A DNA stretch of 64,000 nt from Minisyncoccota bacterium (GCA_041664245.1 JBAYLC010000002.1:75593-139592), one strand, 5' to 3'. Numbered from the stretch's first letter, positions 47,043-57,247 are shown. Notes: generated by a model not told the origin, from the sequence alone. Translations and numbers: made by a program.

Positions 47043-48821
47043 ATGTATCAAGTATCAAGATTCGAAAATAAGCGCGGGTTTGGACTTATAGATGTAATTG
47101 TCAGTATCGGAATTATCGCGGTGCTTTTCGGTGGAATTTTTTTAGTTTACTTTTCTATTTTAGATTTAGTGAATAATATTGAATCTCGAACGGCTGCTTC
47201 GGAAGTTTTGAATGGCCAAATTGAGGTGATTAGAAATCTGGCTTATTCCGATGTTGGACTTCAGGGGGGCGCTCCCGCTGGAGTTATTCCTCAGCAAAAA
47301 ACCTTGCAGAACGGGGATTTTATTTTTGTTGTCAACACAGTAATTAGAAATATCGACGATCCGTTTGATGGAACTTTGGGTAGTAACCCGAATGACACAT
47401 CTCCAGCTGACTACAAATTAGTTGAGTTTAAAATCAGTTGTCCAAATTGTAAAAAATTTGTGCCACTTTCGATGACGACCACCGTAGCGCCAAAAAATTT
47501 AGAGGGAGCAAGTACGGCCGGTTCACTTTTTGTAAATGTTTTTGACGCGAATGGGTTGCCGGTGCCGGAGGCGAGCGTACACGTGGTTAATAGTATTGTG
47601 GCACCGACGATTAATCTGACTGACGCGACAAATAATAACGGGATTCTCCAATTAGTGGGGGTGCCGACCAGTTCCCAATCTTATCAAATTGATGTTAGTA
47701 AATCAGGATATTCAGCCGAAAAAACATACGCTATCGGCGATCCCTTAAATCCCAACCCGGTAAAGCCGCACGCGACGGTGGCGGTGGGACAAGTGACCCA
47801 GATAAGTTTTGCGATTGATAAGTTGGGAGCTATAAGAACGCGGACTTCGGATTATTTATGTGTTCCAATCGCTAATAAAAATTTTTCGGTTAAGGGCAGT
47901 AAACTTATCGGGACAACGCCGGATGTTTATAAATTTTCAACGAGTTCGACAACGGGAATTGACGGAGAAAAGATAATAAATGGCGTGGAGTGGGATAATT
48001 ATTCATTTACTTTGGCTGACACAGGGAGTGACATTTTGGGAACTATTCCGTTTACGCCGGCAAATTTAAGCCCAAGCTCAACTTTGGATTTTCGATTTGT
48101 TCTTCGGCCCGCTGCGCCGGAGTCGCTTTTAGTAACGGTTAAAGACGCGGCGACTGGCGCGATTTTACCGGAGGCAACGGTAACTCTTTCCAAAGCCGGA
48201 TTTTCAAAAACTCTTATAACCGGCCATAATTATTTAACCCAAACTGATTGGTCGAGTTCTAATTACGACAGCCAAGACGGCGGAGTGGAGACCGAAGCGG
48301 TGCCGGGACGCATAACATTAACGCAAAACGGGGGGATTTATAGCACAACAACGATAAGTTGGTTAGTTTCTAAAACGTTTGATTTAGGGGGAAGCAGTTC
48401 AACTTTTTATTCAATCAGTTGGAGTCCTACAAGCCAGCCGGCGCAGACTGGGGCGGGTAGTTTGCAAATTCAATTGGCGGCAAATAATGATAACGTCACT
48501 TGGAGTTTTATAGGGCCGGACGGAACGGACGACACTTTTTATACGATAAGCAGTTCAACGATCAATCAAATTCACAACGGCAATAGGTATCTGCGATATC
48601 GGGTTTATATGCAAACGGATGATGAAAATTTTACACCCCAACTTAACGATTTAACTATTGAGTTTAATGGCGTTTGCGTGCCGCTGTCGCAGGTTTTGTT
48701 TAATAATTTGAGCGCAGGGGACTATATGATAACCGTAAACGCGAATGGGTATACGGAGGGGTCGAGCTCGGTTGCTATTTCTGGCAACTGGCAGCAGATA
48801 GAAGTTTTGATGTACCACTAA
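47043..48821 (+). CDS. Large prepilin-like protein (pseudopilin or tip-associated) with Ig-like/CarbopepD_reg-like domains
   Basis: Leader MYQVSRFENKRG|FGLIDVIVSIGIIAVLFGG (prepilin-type cleavage motif). Beta-rich repeats (VNVFDANGLPVPEASVHV...). Confidence 0.6.
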   Translation: MYQVSRFENKRGFGLIDVIVSIGIIAVLFGGIFLVYFSILDLVNNIESRTAASEVLNGQIEVIRNLAYSDVGLQGGAPAGVIPQQKTLQNGDFIFVVNTVIRNIDDPFDGTLGSNPNDTSPADYKLVEFKISCPNCKKFVPLSMTTTVAPKNLEGASTAGSLFVNVFDANGLPVPEASVHVVNSIVAPTINLTDATNNNGILQLVGVPTSSQSYQIDVSKSGYSAEKTYAIGDPLNPNPVKPHATVAVGQVTQISFAIDKLGAIRTRTSDYLCVPIANKNFSVKGSKLIGTTPDVYKFSTSSTTGIDGEKIINGVEWDNYSFTLADTGSDILGTIPFTPANLSPSSTLDFRFVLRPAAPESLLVTVKDAATGAILPEATVTLSKAGFSKTLITGHNYLTQTDWSSSNYDSQDGGVETEAVPGRITLTQNGGIYSTTTISWLVSKTFDLGGSSSTFYSISWSPTSQPAQTGAGSLQIQLAANNDNVTWSFIGPDGTDDTFYTISSSTINQIHNGNRYLRYRVYMQTDDENFTPQLNDLTIEFNGVCVPLSQVLFNNLSAGDYMITVNANGYTEGSSSVAISGNWQQIEVLMYH

Positions 48822-48861
48822 CGGTGAGGGTTTAGGATTTAAGAATTTAGAATAAATAATT

Positions 48862-49497
48862 ATGAATAAAATAAGAAACAGAGAAGGATTTTCGTTCATC
48901 GAAATTATTATTTTTGTGGCGATTGCGGCAGTTTTAATGTTAGTGGTGAATAGTTTGAAAAATAATGTTTCTAGTATTGGGGGTTTTGTTGACCAGAAAC
49001 TTTTATCAAAACAAGATGTTGAGCAAGCGTTGCAAATTATGGTGACAGAAATTAGGTCGGCTGGACCTTCTAGTTTGGGCGCTTATCCGGTTGAGTCGGC
49101 AACGACAAGTTCCTTCGCTTTTTTTAGTGATATAAATAAAGATGGGATTTTTGAGAAGGTGAGATATTTTTTAGCGACGAACGCCGGGACTAGCACAGCA
49201 ACGAGTACCATAAAGAAAGGCGTGATAATTCCGACCGGAAATCCTTTAACGTATGTGACTAGCACTGAGATTATTTCAAAAGTTATTAATAATGTGGTTG
49301 TTTCAACTTCATCTAATCTTTTTGATTATTTTGACAGTTCAGCAACGAGTACGGCAAAAATGATGACCTTGCCGGTGAATGTCCAGAGTATAAGGATTGT
49401 TAGATTTAATATTTACGCTGATTTAAAGCCTGGATCGGCGCCAAAGCCATCGTTTTTTTCCGACGTGGCTAATATAAGGAATTTAAGGAGCAACTGA
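48862..49497 (+). CDS. Pseudopilin / minor pilin
   Basis: NREG|FSFIEIIIFVAIAAVLML prepilin signal. Confidence 0.7.
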   Translation: MNKIRNREGFSFIEIIIFVAIAAVLMLVVNSLKNNVSSIGGFVDQKLLSKQDVEQALQIMVTEIRSAGPSSLGAYPVESATTSSFAFFSDINKDGIFEKVRYFLATNAGTSTATSTIKKGVIIPTGNPLTYVTSTEIISKVINNVVVSTSSNLFDYFDSSATSTAKMMTLPVNVQSIRIVRFNIYADLKPGSAPKPSFFSDVANIRNLRSN

Positions 49498-49534
49498 GTG
49501 TGTATCAAGTATCAAGTGTCAGGTATCAAGAATT

Positions 49535-50992
49535 ATGAATAAAGAATTAAGAATTAAGAATAAGAGTGGAGCTTGCGGGCAGTTGTCGCTTGAGGTTTTG
49601 TTTTTTGCGACGATTGTAGTGATTTTGATAACCGGATTTATTTTTCTTGCCCTGACTTTTCTAAAACTTTCGGTTAGAGATTTTAATAAGACATCAGCGT
49701 TTACGGTAGCAGAATCAGGGATCGAATATTATCGCTGGCATTTGGCTCATGCGCCGACGGATTATAAAGATGGAACAAACAATCCCGGGCCTTATGTCCA
49801 TGATTATTATGATAAAGACGGGAATTTAATCGGTCACTTTTCTTTAGAAATTACTCCGCCGCCGACTGGTTCAACGATTGTTAAGATTAGAAGCACGGGA
49901 ACGGTGACAGCGGATAGTTCAATTCAAAAAATTATTGAAGTGAAGCTGGGTATTCCGTCTTTTGCTAAGTATGCGATTGCAGCAAATGATAATATGCGTT
50001 TTGGAGCGGGAACGGAGGTTTTTGGAGAAATTATTTCAAACGGAGGAATTAGGTTTGATGGGTTAGCCCATAACTTAGTGCAGAGCGCGCTTGGCTCTTA
50101 TACCGATCCGGATTCGCCCTATGATTCGGCTTTTGGAGTTCATACCCATTTAGCGCCGGCGGATCCATCGCCGTCGTCAACAGTGCCAAATCGTCCAGAT
50201 GTTTTTATGGCCGGAAGAAATTTTCCGGTACCGGCGGTGAACTTTTCTGGGATGACGCAAGATTTATCAACGCTTAGGGATTTGGCGTCTTCGAGCGGAG
50301 TTTATGCGACTAGTTCGGGAGCATTTGGCTGGGAATTAGTTTTAAATTCGAATGATACTTACACGGTTTATAAGGTAACGGCACTTACGGCGGCGCCTTC
50401 GGGGTGTACTAATTATTTAAGCCAAAGTGGATGGGGAACGTGGAGTATCTCAACTAAGACAACGTCCACCTCGGGAGCGGTACCCGCAAACGGCATTTTC
50501 TTTTTCGAAGATAATCTGTGGGTTAGGGGACAGATAAATGGACAAAGAGTGACGGTGGCTTCTGGTAAATTTCCGGATGTGCCGGCCAATCGAACCAGTA
50601 TCACATTAAACAGTAATCTTCTATATACAAAATATGACGGAACTGATTCGATCGGGCTGATTGCGCAGAACAATATTAATATTGGATTGGTTAGCGCTGA
50701 CAATTTGCGAATTGACGCAGCGATGATTGCCCAGAACGGACGGGTGGGGCGTTACTATTACCGGCCACCAGGCGGCGGCTCAAATAGGTGCGATCCATAT
50801 GATACGCGGCAGAGCATAACTTCTTACGGAATGATTGGAAGTAATGTTCGTTATGGATTTGCTTATACTGACGATACTGGTTATCTGACTAGAAATTTAA
50901 TTTATGATTCTAATTTGCTTTACGCGCCACCGCCGAGTTTTCCTTTGGCGAGCGATAGATATTCGCAGATTTCGTGGGAGGAAATTCGATAA
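49535..50992 (+). CDS. Pilus-associated membrane-anchored hypothetical protein
   Basis: N-terminal hydrophobic anchor LEVLFFATIVVILITGFIFLAL with a large extracellular beta-rich domain. Lies within the T4P locus. Confidence 0.4.
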   Translation: MNKELRIKNKSGACGQLSLEVLFFATIVVILITGFIFLALTFLKLSVRDFNKTSAFTVAESGIEYYRWHLAHAPTDYKDGTNNPGPYVHDYYDKDGNLIGHFSLEITPPPTGSTIVKIRSTGTVTADSSIQKIIEVKLGIPSFAKYAIAANDNMRFGAGTEVFGEIISNGGIRFDGLAHNLVQSALGSYTDPDSPYDSAFGVHTHLAPADPSPSSTVPNRPDVFMAGRNFPVPAVNFSGMTQDLSTLRDLASSSGVYATSSGAFGWELVLNSNDTYTVYKVTALTAAPSGCTNYLSQSGWGTWSISTKTTSTSGAVPANGIFFFEDNLWVRGQINGQRVTVASGKFPDVPANRTSITLNSNLLYTKYDGTDSIGLIAQNNINIGLVSADNLRIDAAMIAQNGRVGRYYYRPPGGGSNRCDPYDTRQSITSYGMIGSNVRYGFAYTDDTGYLTRNLIYDSNLLYAPPPSFPLASDRYSQISWEEIR

Positions 50993-51095
50993 GAATAGAG
51001 AATTATGAATTACGGGAAATGAAAATAGAGACTTAAGAGCTGGCACGAATGATGCGGATTACACGCGAATGACGCGAAATGGTAAAATTAAAGCT

Positions 51096-51557
51096 ATGAA
51101 AAAATCAGGATTTTCGATAATCGAACTTTTGATTTCGATGGCGATTTTGGTGGTGGTAATGGCGATTGGGATTATCGCTTTTAATCCGGCAAAACAGTTT
51201 GCAGGCGCGAGGAATTCCAAACGAATGACCGATTTAAACTCCATCTTGGTGGCGGTTCAGCAAAATATCGCCGATACAAATCAAGGCGGAGTTTTTTCTT
51301 GCGGAGTGGGGGACATTCCAACCACAACCAAGAGAATGGCTAATGGTGCCGGTAAATATGATATTGCTCCTTGCTTGATTCCTATTTATCTTTCGAGCTT
51401 ACCCTTTGATTCAAGTACGTCTTCGGCTCACTATGCAAGTGTGGCGGATTACGATACAGGCTATAACATTTTGCGGAGCGTGGTTGGCACTTCAAGTCAA
51501 ATAATAATAAGTGCGCCGGCGGCGGAGTTAGGGAAGACAATTTCGGTTACCCGCTGA
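51096..51557 (+). CDS. Type IV pilin (candidate major pilin)
   Basis: MKKSG|FSIIELLISMAILVVVMAIG is a classical prepilin N-terminus with Glu at +5. About 153 aa. Confidence 0.8.
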   Translation: MKKSGFSIIELLISMAILVVVMAIGIIAFNPAKQFAGARNSKRMTDLNSILVAVQQNIADTNQGGVFSCGVGDIPTTTKRMANGAGKYDIAPCLIPIYLSSLPFDSSTSSAHYASVADYDTGYNILRSVVGTSSQIIISAPAAELGKTISVTR

Positions 51558-51694
51558 CCTACGCGGACAGGACGCAGACAAAACGCAGAAGCAGCAAAGA
51601 ACAGACGCAGATGAACGCGGAGCGGGTTTGATTTCTAAAAATATTTTTTGTATTGTTATTTTAGTAACTGAAATTGATAGAAGGAGGTGAAAAA

Positions 51695-51892
51695 ATGGCG
51701 CGTCGACAGGATCTTTTGAGTGGAAACGGAGTTTCGATTGATTTGGCAGGAACAGCAAAAGAGGCCAACAGAAATGTTGATCGGGATGAAGGAGTTCCGG
51801 TTCATGCTTGTGGGTTGGTGAGTCATCGGGATTGTCCATGCTGGATTTGCACTAAAAACGGTTGTGCTGCTTGCCTAGCATCCCTACTCTAA
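51695..51892 (+). CDS. 65-aa cysteine-rich small protein (six Cys in the C-terminal 27 residues), a candidate bacteriocin/RiPP-like precursor or small zinc-binding protein
   Basis: Strong SD AAGGAGGTG 5 nt upstream of ATG 51695. C-terminus HACGLVSHRDCPCWICTKNGCAACLASLL. Followed by an intrinsic terminator at 51917-51950. Confidence 0.45.
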   Translation: MARRQDLLSGNGVSIDLAGTAKEANRNVDRDEGVPVHACGLVSHRDCPCWICTKNGCAACLASLL

Positions 51893-51916
51893 TTCTTGTT
51901 CTGCTGATGGTTATGA

Positions 51917-51950
51917 GGTGGCGCTATTTGGTGCCGCCTTTAATTTTTTT
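51917..51950 (+). terminator. Intrinsic terminator (GGTGGCGC-tatttg-GTGCCGCC plus TTTTTTT)
   Basis: Hairpin and T-run read directly, downstream of the small Cys-rich ORF. Confidence 0.65.
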
Positions 51951-51971
51951 CGGGGAATTCTTCAACTAGAA

Positions 51972-53078
51972 TCAGGATTTCAGATTTTCGATGATAGCTA
52001 CCTCAAGAGGGACTATGGCAAAAGGAGAGTAGCGGATTTCGGTGTAGGCGCGAATTAAAGATTTTATAATTTTGACTTGGAGATCGATTTCGCCGAGCGC
52101 GGTTAAGCGTTTCAGGTGGTTTATTTCTTCAACGGTCAAGTCGCCTTCAAAAAATTTTTCTAAATTTGGATTGGTTTTAAGGCTTAAAATTTTTCGGAAG
52201 TAGTGGATTAAATCTTTGGTGAGCTGGGTTAGATTGTGGCCTTCTTCGTTAAGGTTGCCGAGATATTCGAGCGATTTCGGGAGATCTTTTTTGAGAATTA
52301 ATTCCGAGAGTTCCGAGACTTTCTTTAGGCCGACGCGGCCGGTCAAAGCTTCGGCTAAATTTAAATCTATTTTTTTATCGGACGAACTAAGCTGGTCCAA
52401 AATCGATTCGGCATCGCGGAAACTGCCCTCGCCGGCGGCGGCAACAACCTCAAGAGCGTTTTTTTCTATTTCAATTTTTTCAGCTTTAACGATTAAGAAA
52501 AGTTTTTCCAAAATTTTTGTTTTGGGAAGTTTTTTAAAAACAAAGCGCTGGACGCGGGAGGTGATGGTGGGAGGAAGTTTTTCGTATTCGGTGGTAGCTA
52601 AAACGAAAACGGCGTGAGCGGGGGGTTCTTCCAGGGTTTTTAAAAGAGCGTTGAAGGCGGCGCCGGTTAACATGTGGACTTCGTCGATGATGTAGACCTT
52701 GTAACGGCCGCCGGCGGGGGAAGTGGCGATATTTTCTTTCAGGTTGCGGATTTCATCGATGCCGCGATTAGAGGCGGCGTCGATTTCGACAACGTCAAAA
52801 GAATTACCTTCGTCGATGCCGCGGCAGGAAAAACATTCGCCGCAGGGTTCGCCAAGAGCTTTAAATTTTTCGTCGGTGGCGCGTTTTTCACAGTTTAGAA
52901 GTTTGGCGATTAGGCGAGCGGTGGTAGTTTTGCCGGTTCCTCGCGGGCCGTAGAAAAGATAGGCGTGGCCAATCCGGTCGGTTCGGGCGGCGTTTTGAAT
53001 AATCTGGATATTGGTTTCCTGGCCTAAAACTTCGCTTAATTTTTTAGGGCGGTATTTTCGATAGAGGGCGAGGGACAT
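51972..53078 (-). CDS. dnaX: DNA polymerase III subunit gamma/tau (short form)
   Basis: GPRGTGKTT Walker A, a zinc module CEKRATDEKFKALGEPCGECFSCRGI, a DExx box (IIDEVHML) and a sensor region. Confidence 0.85.
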   Translation of the reverse strand: MSLALYRKYRPKKLSEVLGQETNIQIIQNAARTDRIGHAYLFYGPRGTGKTTTARLIAKLLNCEKRATDEKFKALGEPCGECFSCRGIDEGNSFDVVEIDAASNRGIDEIRNLKENIATSPAGGRYKVYIIDEVHMLTGAAFNALLKTLEEPPAHAVFVLATTEYEKLPPTITSRVQRFVFKKLPKTKILEKLFLIVKAEKIEIEKNALEVVAAAGEGSFRDAESILDQLSSSDKKIDLNLAEALTGRVGLKKVSELSELILKKDLPKSLEYLGNLNEEGHNLTQLTKDLIHYFRKILSLKTNPNLEKFFEGDLTVEEINHLKRLTALGEIDLQVKIIKSLIRAYTEIRYSPFAIVPLEVAIIENLKS

Positions 53079-53170
53079 TTCTGAATTATTATAAGGGGTA
53101 AAATTAAATCTAACAACTTTTGAGATTATTTGATTTATAATTAATTTATGCCATAATTTTTCTATCTTTT

Positions 53171-54472
53171 ATGAAAGTTCGAGTTCTTCTTTGGGTTTTA
53201 TTGGGAGCGGCTCTTTTGGGCCTTTTTTTGTTTTTGGCGTTTAGCGGACCAAGGGTGATTGATGTGAAGTCCTCAAAAGCAAATGTCTTGGATTCTGCGG
53301 AAGAAAGTTTAATTGATTTGGAATTGCAGACCAACATCGCGCCGACTTCGACTTCCAGTAGTACAAATCCGCCGGTTTTACCAACTGGGGTTAACTCGGA
53401 CATACCAAACCAACCACAACTGGCCAGTCCGCCGGCGGTGATTAAGTCGGTTTACGCGACAGGTTGGTCGGCCGGGTCGGCTTCGCAGATTAATCACCTG
53501 GTTGATTTGATTAATCAAACAGAGTTGAATGCAATTATTATTGATATCAAAGATTATTCAGGATTTGTTTCTTATCATATTAGTAGCCCCTTAATACAGG
53601 AGAGCGGGGCAGATAAGGAAATTAGAATTTTACAACCAAACATTTTAATAAAAAGACTTCACGATAATGGGATTTATGTGATTGCCAGAATTTCAACTTT
53701 TCAGGACGGGATTTTAGCGGTGGCTCATCCGGAATGGGCGCTTAAAGATAAAACAACCGGTAAAATTTGGCGGGACAATAAGGGTTTGGCATGGATGGAT
53801 CCGACTTCTAAAAATGTTTGGGATTATAACATTGCCATTGCTCGTGACGCACTTAGCCGGGGATTTGATGAGATAAATTTTGATTACGTGAGGTTTCCGT
53901 CGGATGGCGGCTTGAGTAGGATTGAATTTCCGGTTTGGGATCAGAAAAAGCCGATGGATTTAGCAATTAAAGATTTTTTCAAATACCTAAGGGAGAATTT
54001 GGGTCAAGCGAAACTTTCCGCAGATCTCTTTGGTTTAACGACAGTTGATTATACCGATTTGGGTATTGGGCAGATCATCGAGAATGCGTTTCCGTATTTT
54101 GATTATATTGACCCAATGGTTTATCCATCTCACTATGCATCTGGAGCTTTCGGACTTAAGAAGCCGGCTCTTTATCCGTATGAAGTAGTAAAAAATTCGA
54201 TTACGGTGGCGGTGAAGCGGCTTATCAAATACAACCAACCAGCCTTGCCGGTGACATCGTCTTCCATAGCAACTTCTACGCCGAAAATTAAGGAGGATTA
54301 CGGAGTGAGGGCGAAGATCAGGCCGTGGCTTCAGGACTTTGATTTAGGAATGGTTTATGACGCCAAGGCCGTGAGGGCGCAGATTACGGCCAGCGACGAG
54401 GGCGGCGGTTCGGGATGGATGCTTTGGGATCCAAGAAATGTTTATACAAGGGAAGCATTGCTTACGCAGTAA
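53171..54472 (+). CDS. Putative glycoside-hydrolase-like TIM-barrel protein (DUF4015-like), secreted
   Basis: Signal/TM, then a domain with IIDIKDYSGF...ARISTFQD...WMDP...FDEINFDYVRFP resembling the GHL/DUF4015 family. Confidence 0.45.
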   Translation: MKVRVLLWVLLGAALLGLFLFLAFSGPRVIDVKSSKANVLDSAEESLIDLELQTNIAPTSTSSSTNPPVLPTGVNSDIPNQPQLASPPAVIKSVYATGWSAGSASQINHLVDLINQTELNAIIIDIKDYSGFVSYHISSPLIQESGADKEIRILQPNILIKRLHDNGIYVIARISTFQDGILAVAHPEWALKDKTTGKIWRDNKGLAWMDPTSKNVWDYNIAIARDALSRGFDEINFDYVRFPSDGGLSRIEFPVWDQKKPMDLAIKDFFKYLRENLGQAKLSADLFGLTTVDYTDLGIGQIIENAFPYFDYIDPMVYPSHYASGAFGLKKPALYPYEVVKNSITVAVKRLIKYNQPALPVTSSSIATSTPKIKEDYGVRAKIRPWLQDFDLGMVYDAKAVRAQITASDEGGGSGWMLWDPRNVYTREALLTQ

Positions 54473-54490
54473 GCATGCAATATGTAGTAT

Positions 54491-55858
54491 GTGACAAAGA
54501 TGGTTAAGAAGATATTTTACACACCAATTCCGTCGTGGTTTCTGATTTTTATCGTGGTGGTTATCATCAGCGGATTTTTGATGATGATGAGGTATCTTGG
54601 TGGTGGAGTGAGCGACTACCATCTTTCGTTTGATGGAGATGAAATTACGGGATTGCCGTTTGAATACGGTTCCTGGCCGGCTTTGGGAAACGCGGATTTT
54701 TTTTCGAAAATCAGAAAAGAGTTTGCGGATAAAAAAATTGATTTTATTGAAGCGGATCTCTCGGCGATGAAATTAAAAGTTTATAACGCAGGGGTGATAG
54801 TAAAGGAATTTCCGATTTTAACAAAAGGAAAGGAGGGCTCGTGGTGGGAAACGCCGGCGGGAATTTATCGGGTGCAAAGTAAAGAAAAGGATCATTTTTC
54901 ATCATTTGGTCAAGTTTATCAGCCTTGGAGTATGGCTTTTCAAGGAAATTTTTTTATTCACGGTTGGCCGTATTATCCAAACGGAACACCGGTTAAGTCC
55001 ACTTATTCGGGTGGATGTATAAGGTTGTCGACCGAAGACGCGAAGGCGGTTTTTGATTTAGTTAAAGTAGGGACGCCGGTTTTAGTTTTTGAAAAAGATT
55101 TTACGGCGGATGATTTCAAATATACGGCAAAGTTGCCGGAAATTTCCGCATCAAGCTATTTGGCGGCGGACTTAAAGAATAATTTTGTATTTTTAGGAAA
55201 AAAATCCCAAGAAGTGATGCCAATTGCTTCGATTACAAAACTAATAACCGCGGTAGTGGCGACCGAATATATTGATATTGAAAAAGAGGTGACTGTGTTG
55301 AATAGCGCGATTGTTCTGACTTCAAAACCACGACTTTGGGCGGGTCAGCGAATTTCAGTTTTTAATCTTCTTTTTCCGTTGCTTGAAGAATCATCAAATG
55401 AGGCGGCGGTGACGTTGGCTAATAATCTTGGCTCAATTAGATTTGTTGATTTGATGAATAATAAAGCGAAGGCGCTCGGAATGAGCGAGACGAAATTCAC
55501 CGACCCAGCCGGATCGGAAGAGGGGAATGTTTCTACGGCTGAAGATCTTTTTAATATGGCGAAGTATTTTTATAACAACCGAAGTTTTATTTTGAAAATA
55601 AGCGCGGGGAAATTAAGCGACTCCGCTTATGGCGAGCCGCTTTATGGTGATATTGAAAACTTCAACGTTTTTAAGGACGATCCGGATTTTGTGGGCGGCA
55701 AGGTCGGGAAAACCAATCCAGCCAAGGAAACAATTGTTTCAATTTTTGATTTGATGATTAACGGGACGCGCCGGCCGATAGTGATTATTGCGCTTGGATC
55801 GGAGGATAGCGCGAAAGACGCGACGAATATACTTAATTATATTAGGACGAATTATTAA
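54491..55858 (+). CDS. Bifunctional L,D-transpeptidase (YkuD) / D-alanyl-D-alanine carboxypeptidase (S11)
   Basis: The YkuD catalytic region ends in HG...STYSGGCIRL. The C-terminal half has an SxxK motif (ASITKL) with downstream SxN/KTG-like elements (SSNEAA, KVGKT). Confidence 0.7.
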   Translation: MTKMVKKIFYTPIPSWFLIFIVVVIISGFLMMMRYLGGGVSDYHLSFDGDEITGLPFEYGSWPALGNADFFSKIRKEFADKKIDFIEADLSAMKLKVYNAGVIVKEFPILTKGKEGSWWETPAGIYRVQSKEKDHFSSFGQVYQPWSMAFQGNFFIHGWPYYPNGTPVKSTYSGGCIRLSTEDAKAVFDLVKVGTPVLVFEKDFTADDFKYTAKLPEISASSYLAADLKNNFVFLGKKSQEVMPIASITKLITAVVATEYIDIEKEVTVLNSAIVLTSKPRLWAGQRISVFNLLFPLLEESSNEAAVTLANNLGSIRFVDLMNNKAKALGMSETKFTDPAGSEEGNVSTAEDLFNMAKYFYNNRSFILKISAGKLSDSAYGEPLYGDIENFNVFKDDPDFVGGKVGKTNPAKETIVSIFDLMINGTRRPIVIIALGSEDSAKDATNILNYIRTNY

Positions 55859-55941
55859 GTTATGTAATACAAAGCATGTAGTATATGTAGTAGGGATGGT
55901 AAAATTTTGAAGTTTTTGATTTTTGAAACATAATAGTAGGA

Positions 55942-56664
55942 ATGAGTTATGAATTAAAAACGGAGCAGTTTTCTGGGCCGATCAGTAAACTCCTGGAATT
56001 AGTGGAGGATCGGAAGATGGAGATTACGGAAATTAGCCTGGCGGCGGTGACGGATGATTTTTTGAATTATCTAAAGACTCTCGAAAAAACAGAGGCGCCT
56101 TTTTTGGCGGATTTTATTATGATTGCCAGCCGGTTAGTTTTTTTGAAATCAAAATCTCTACTTCCCGAAATAGCGATTCCGGATGACGAGGAAGAAAATA
56201 TAAAAGATTTAGAGTTACGACTTAGAATTTATAAAGAAATAAAACCGATAATGAAATTAGTGGACGAACTTTGGCGGAGGCGCGGAACAGAATTGAGCCG
56301 ACCATATTTTTTGAGCCAAGGGATGGAGAGTTTTAAGGATTCGTTCGGCGGATTTTATCCCGGCGCTAATGTCAGCGTGGCAGTGATTAGCCAATCGTTG
56401 AATTCAGTTTTACAGAGTTTTGGGGGTTTGGTTTTCGAACAGGAAGTTTTGCGAGATAAGGTGGTAACGATTGAAGAAAAGATTCAGGAAATAGTGGATT
56501 ATATTCAAAAGGCGGGAAATTCGGCCTTCGTAAGCTTGGTTGGAAAAAAAACCCGAGCGGAAATAATTGTGGTTTTTTTGGCTATCCTTCATTTAGCGCG
56601 AGAACAGAGGGTTCAGCTTGAGCAAAATTCCAGTTTTTCTGATATAATGGTTAAAAAGTTATAG
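55942..56664 (+). CDS. scpA: Segregation and condensation protein A (kleisin)
   Basis: ScpA-like N- and C-terminal winged-helix regions, directly upstream of scpB. Confidence 0.75.
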   Translation: MSYELKTEQFSGPISKLLELVEDRKMEITEISLAAVTDDFLNYLKTLEKTEAPFLADFIMIASRLVFLKSKSLLPEIAIPDDEEENIKDLELRLRIYKEIKPIMKLVDELWRRRGTELSRPYFLSQGMESFKDSFGGFYPGANVSVAVISQSLNSVLQSFGGLVFEQEVLRDKVVTIEEKIQEIVDYIQKAGNSAFVSLVGKKTRAEIIVVFLAILHLAREQRVQLEQNSSFSDIMVKKL

Positions 56665-56673
56665 TGGTTACCA

Positions 56674-57243
56674 ATGAATGACGAACAAGATAAAAAACTT
56701 GCGGCTTTAGAAGCCCTTTTATTTGTCCACGGAGAGCCGGTTTCTTTCCAAAAAATCGGGAAAATCATGGATGTTGGGGTGGAAGAAGCCGGGCAATTAG
56801 TCCAAAAACTGGAGGGTGTTTTGACCTCGCCAACAAGCGGATTAAGGATCCTGAGAGACATTGAAAAAGCGCAAATTGTGACCAAGCCGGAATTTGGTGG
56901 AATTTTAGAGCAGTTTATTAAAGAAGAGCTGGATGAGAATTTAACGCCGGCAAGTTTGGAGACGCTTTCAATCGTGGCTTATTTCGGTCCGATTTCTAGA
57001 AGCCGGCTGGAGTATCTTCGGGGAGTGAATTCGGTTTTCACATTGCGGAATTTATTACTAAGGGGTTTAGTTGAAAGATTTCCTGATCCGCATCGAACTA
57101 ATGCTTTTCTTTATAAACCTAGTTTCGAACTTTTAAAACATGTGGGTTTAGGCGGAGTTCAGGAATTACCAGATTACGAAAAGTTCCAATCTGTATTTCA
57201 AAATTTTCAGACGAATCAAAACCAGACTAATTTAGCGACTTAA
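56674..57243 (+). CDS. scpB: Segregation and condensation protein B
   Basis: Tandem winged-helix ScpB pattern (LEALLFVHGEPVS...LETLSIVAYFGPISRSRLEYLRGV). Confidence 0.8.
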   Translation: MNDEQDKKLAALEALLFVHGEPVSFQKIGKIMDVGVEEAGQLVQKLEGVLTSPTSGLRILRDIEKAQIVTKPEFGGILEQFIKEELDENLTPASLETLSIVAYFGPISRSRLEYLRGVNSVFTLRNLLLRGLVERFPDPHRTNAFLYKPSFELLKHVGLGGVQELPDYEKFQSVFQNFQTNQNQTNLAT

Positions 57244-57247
57244 TCAG

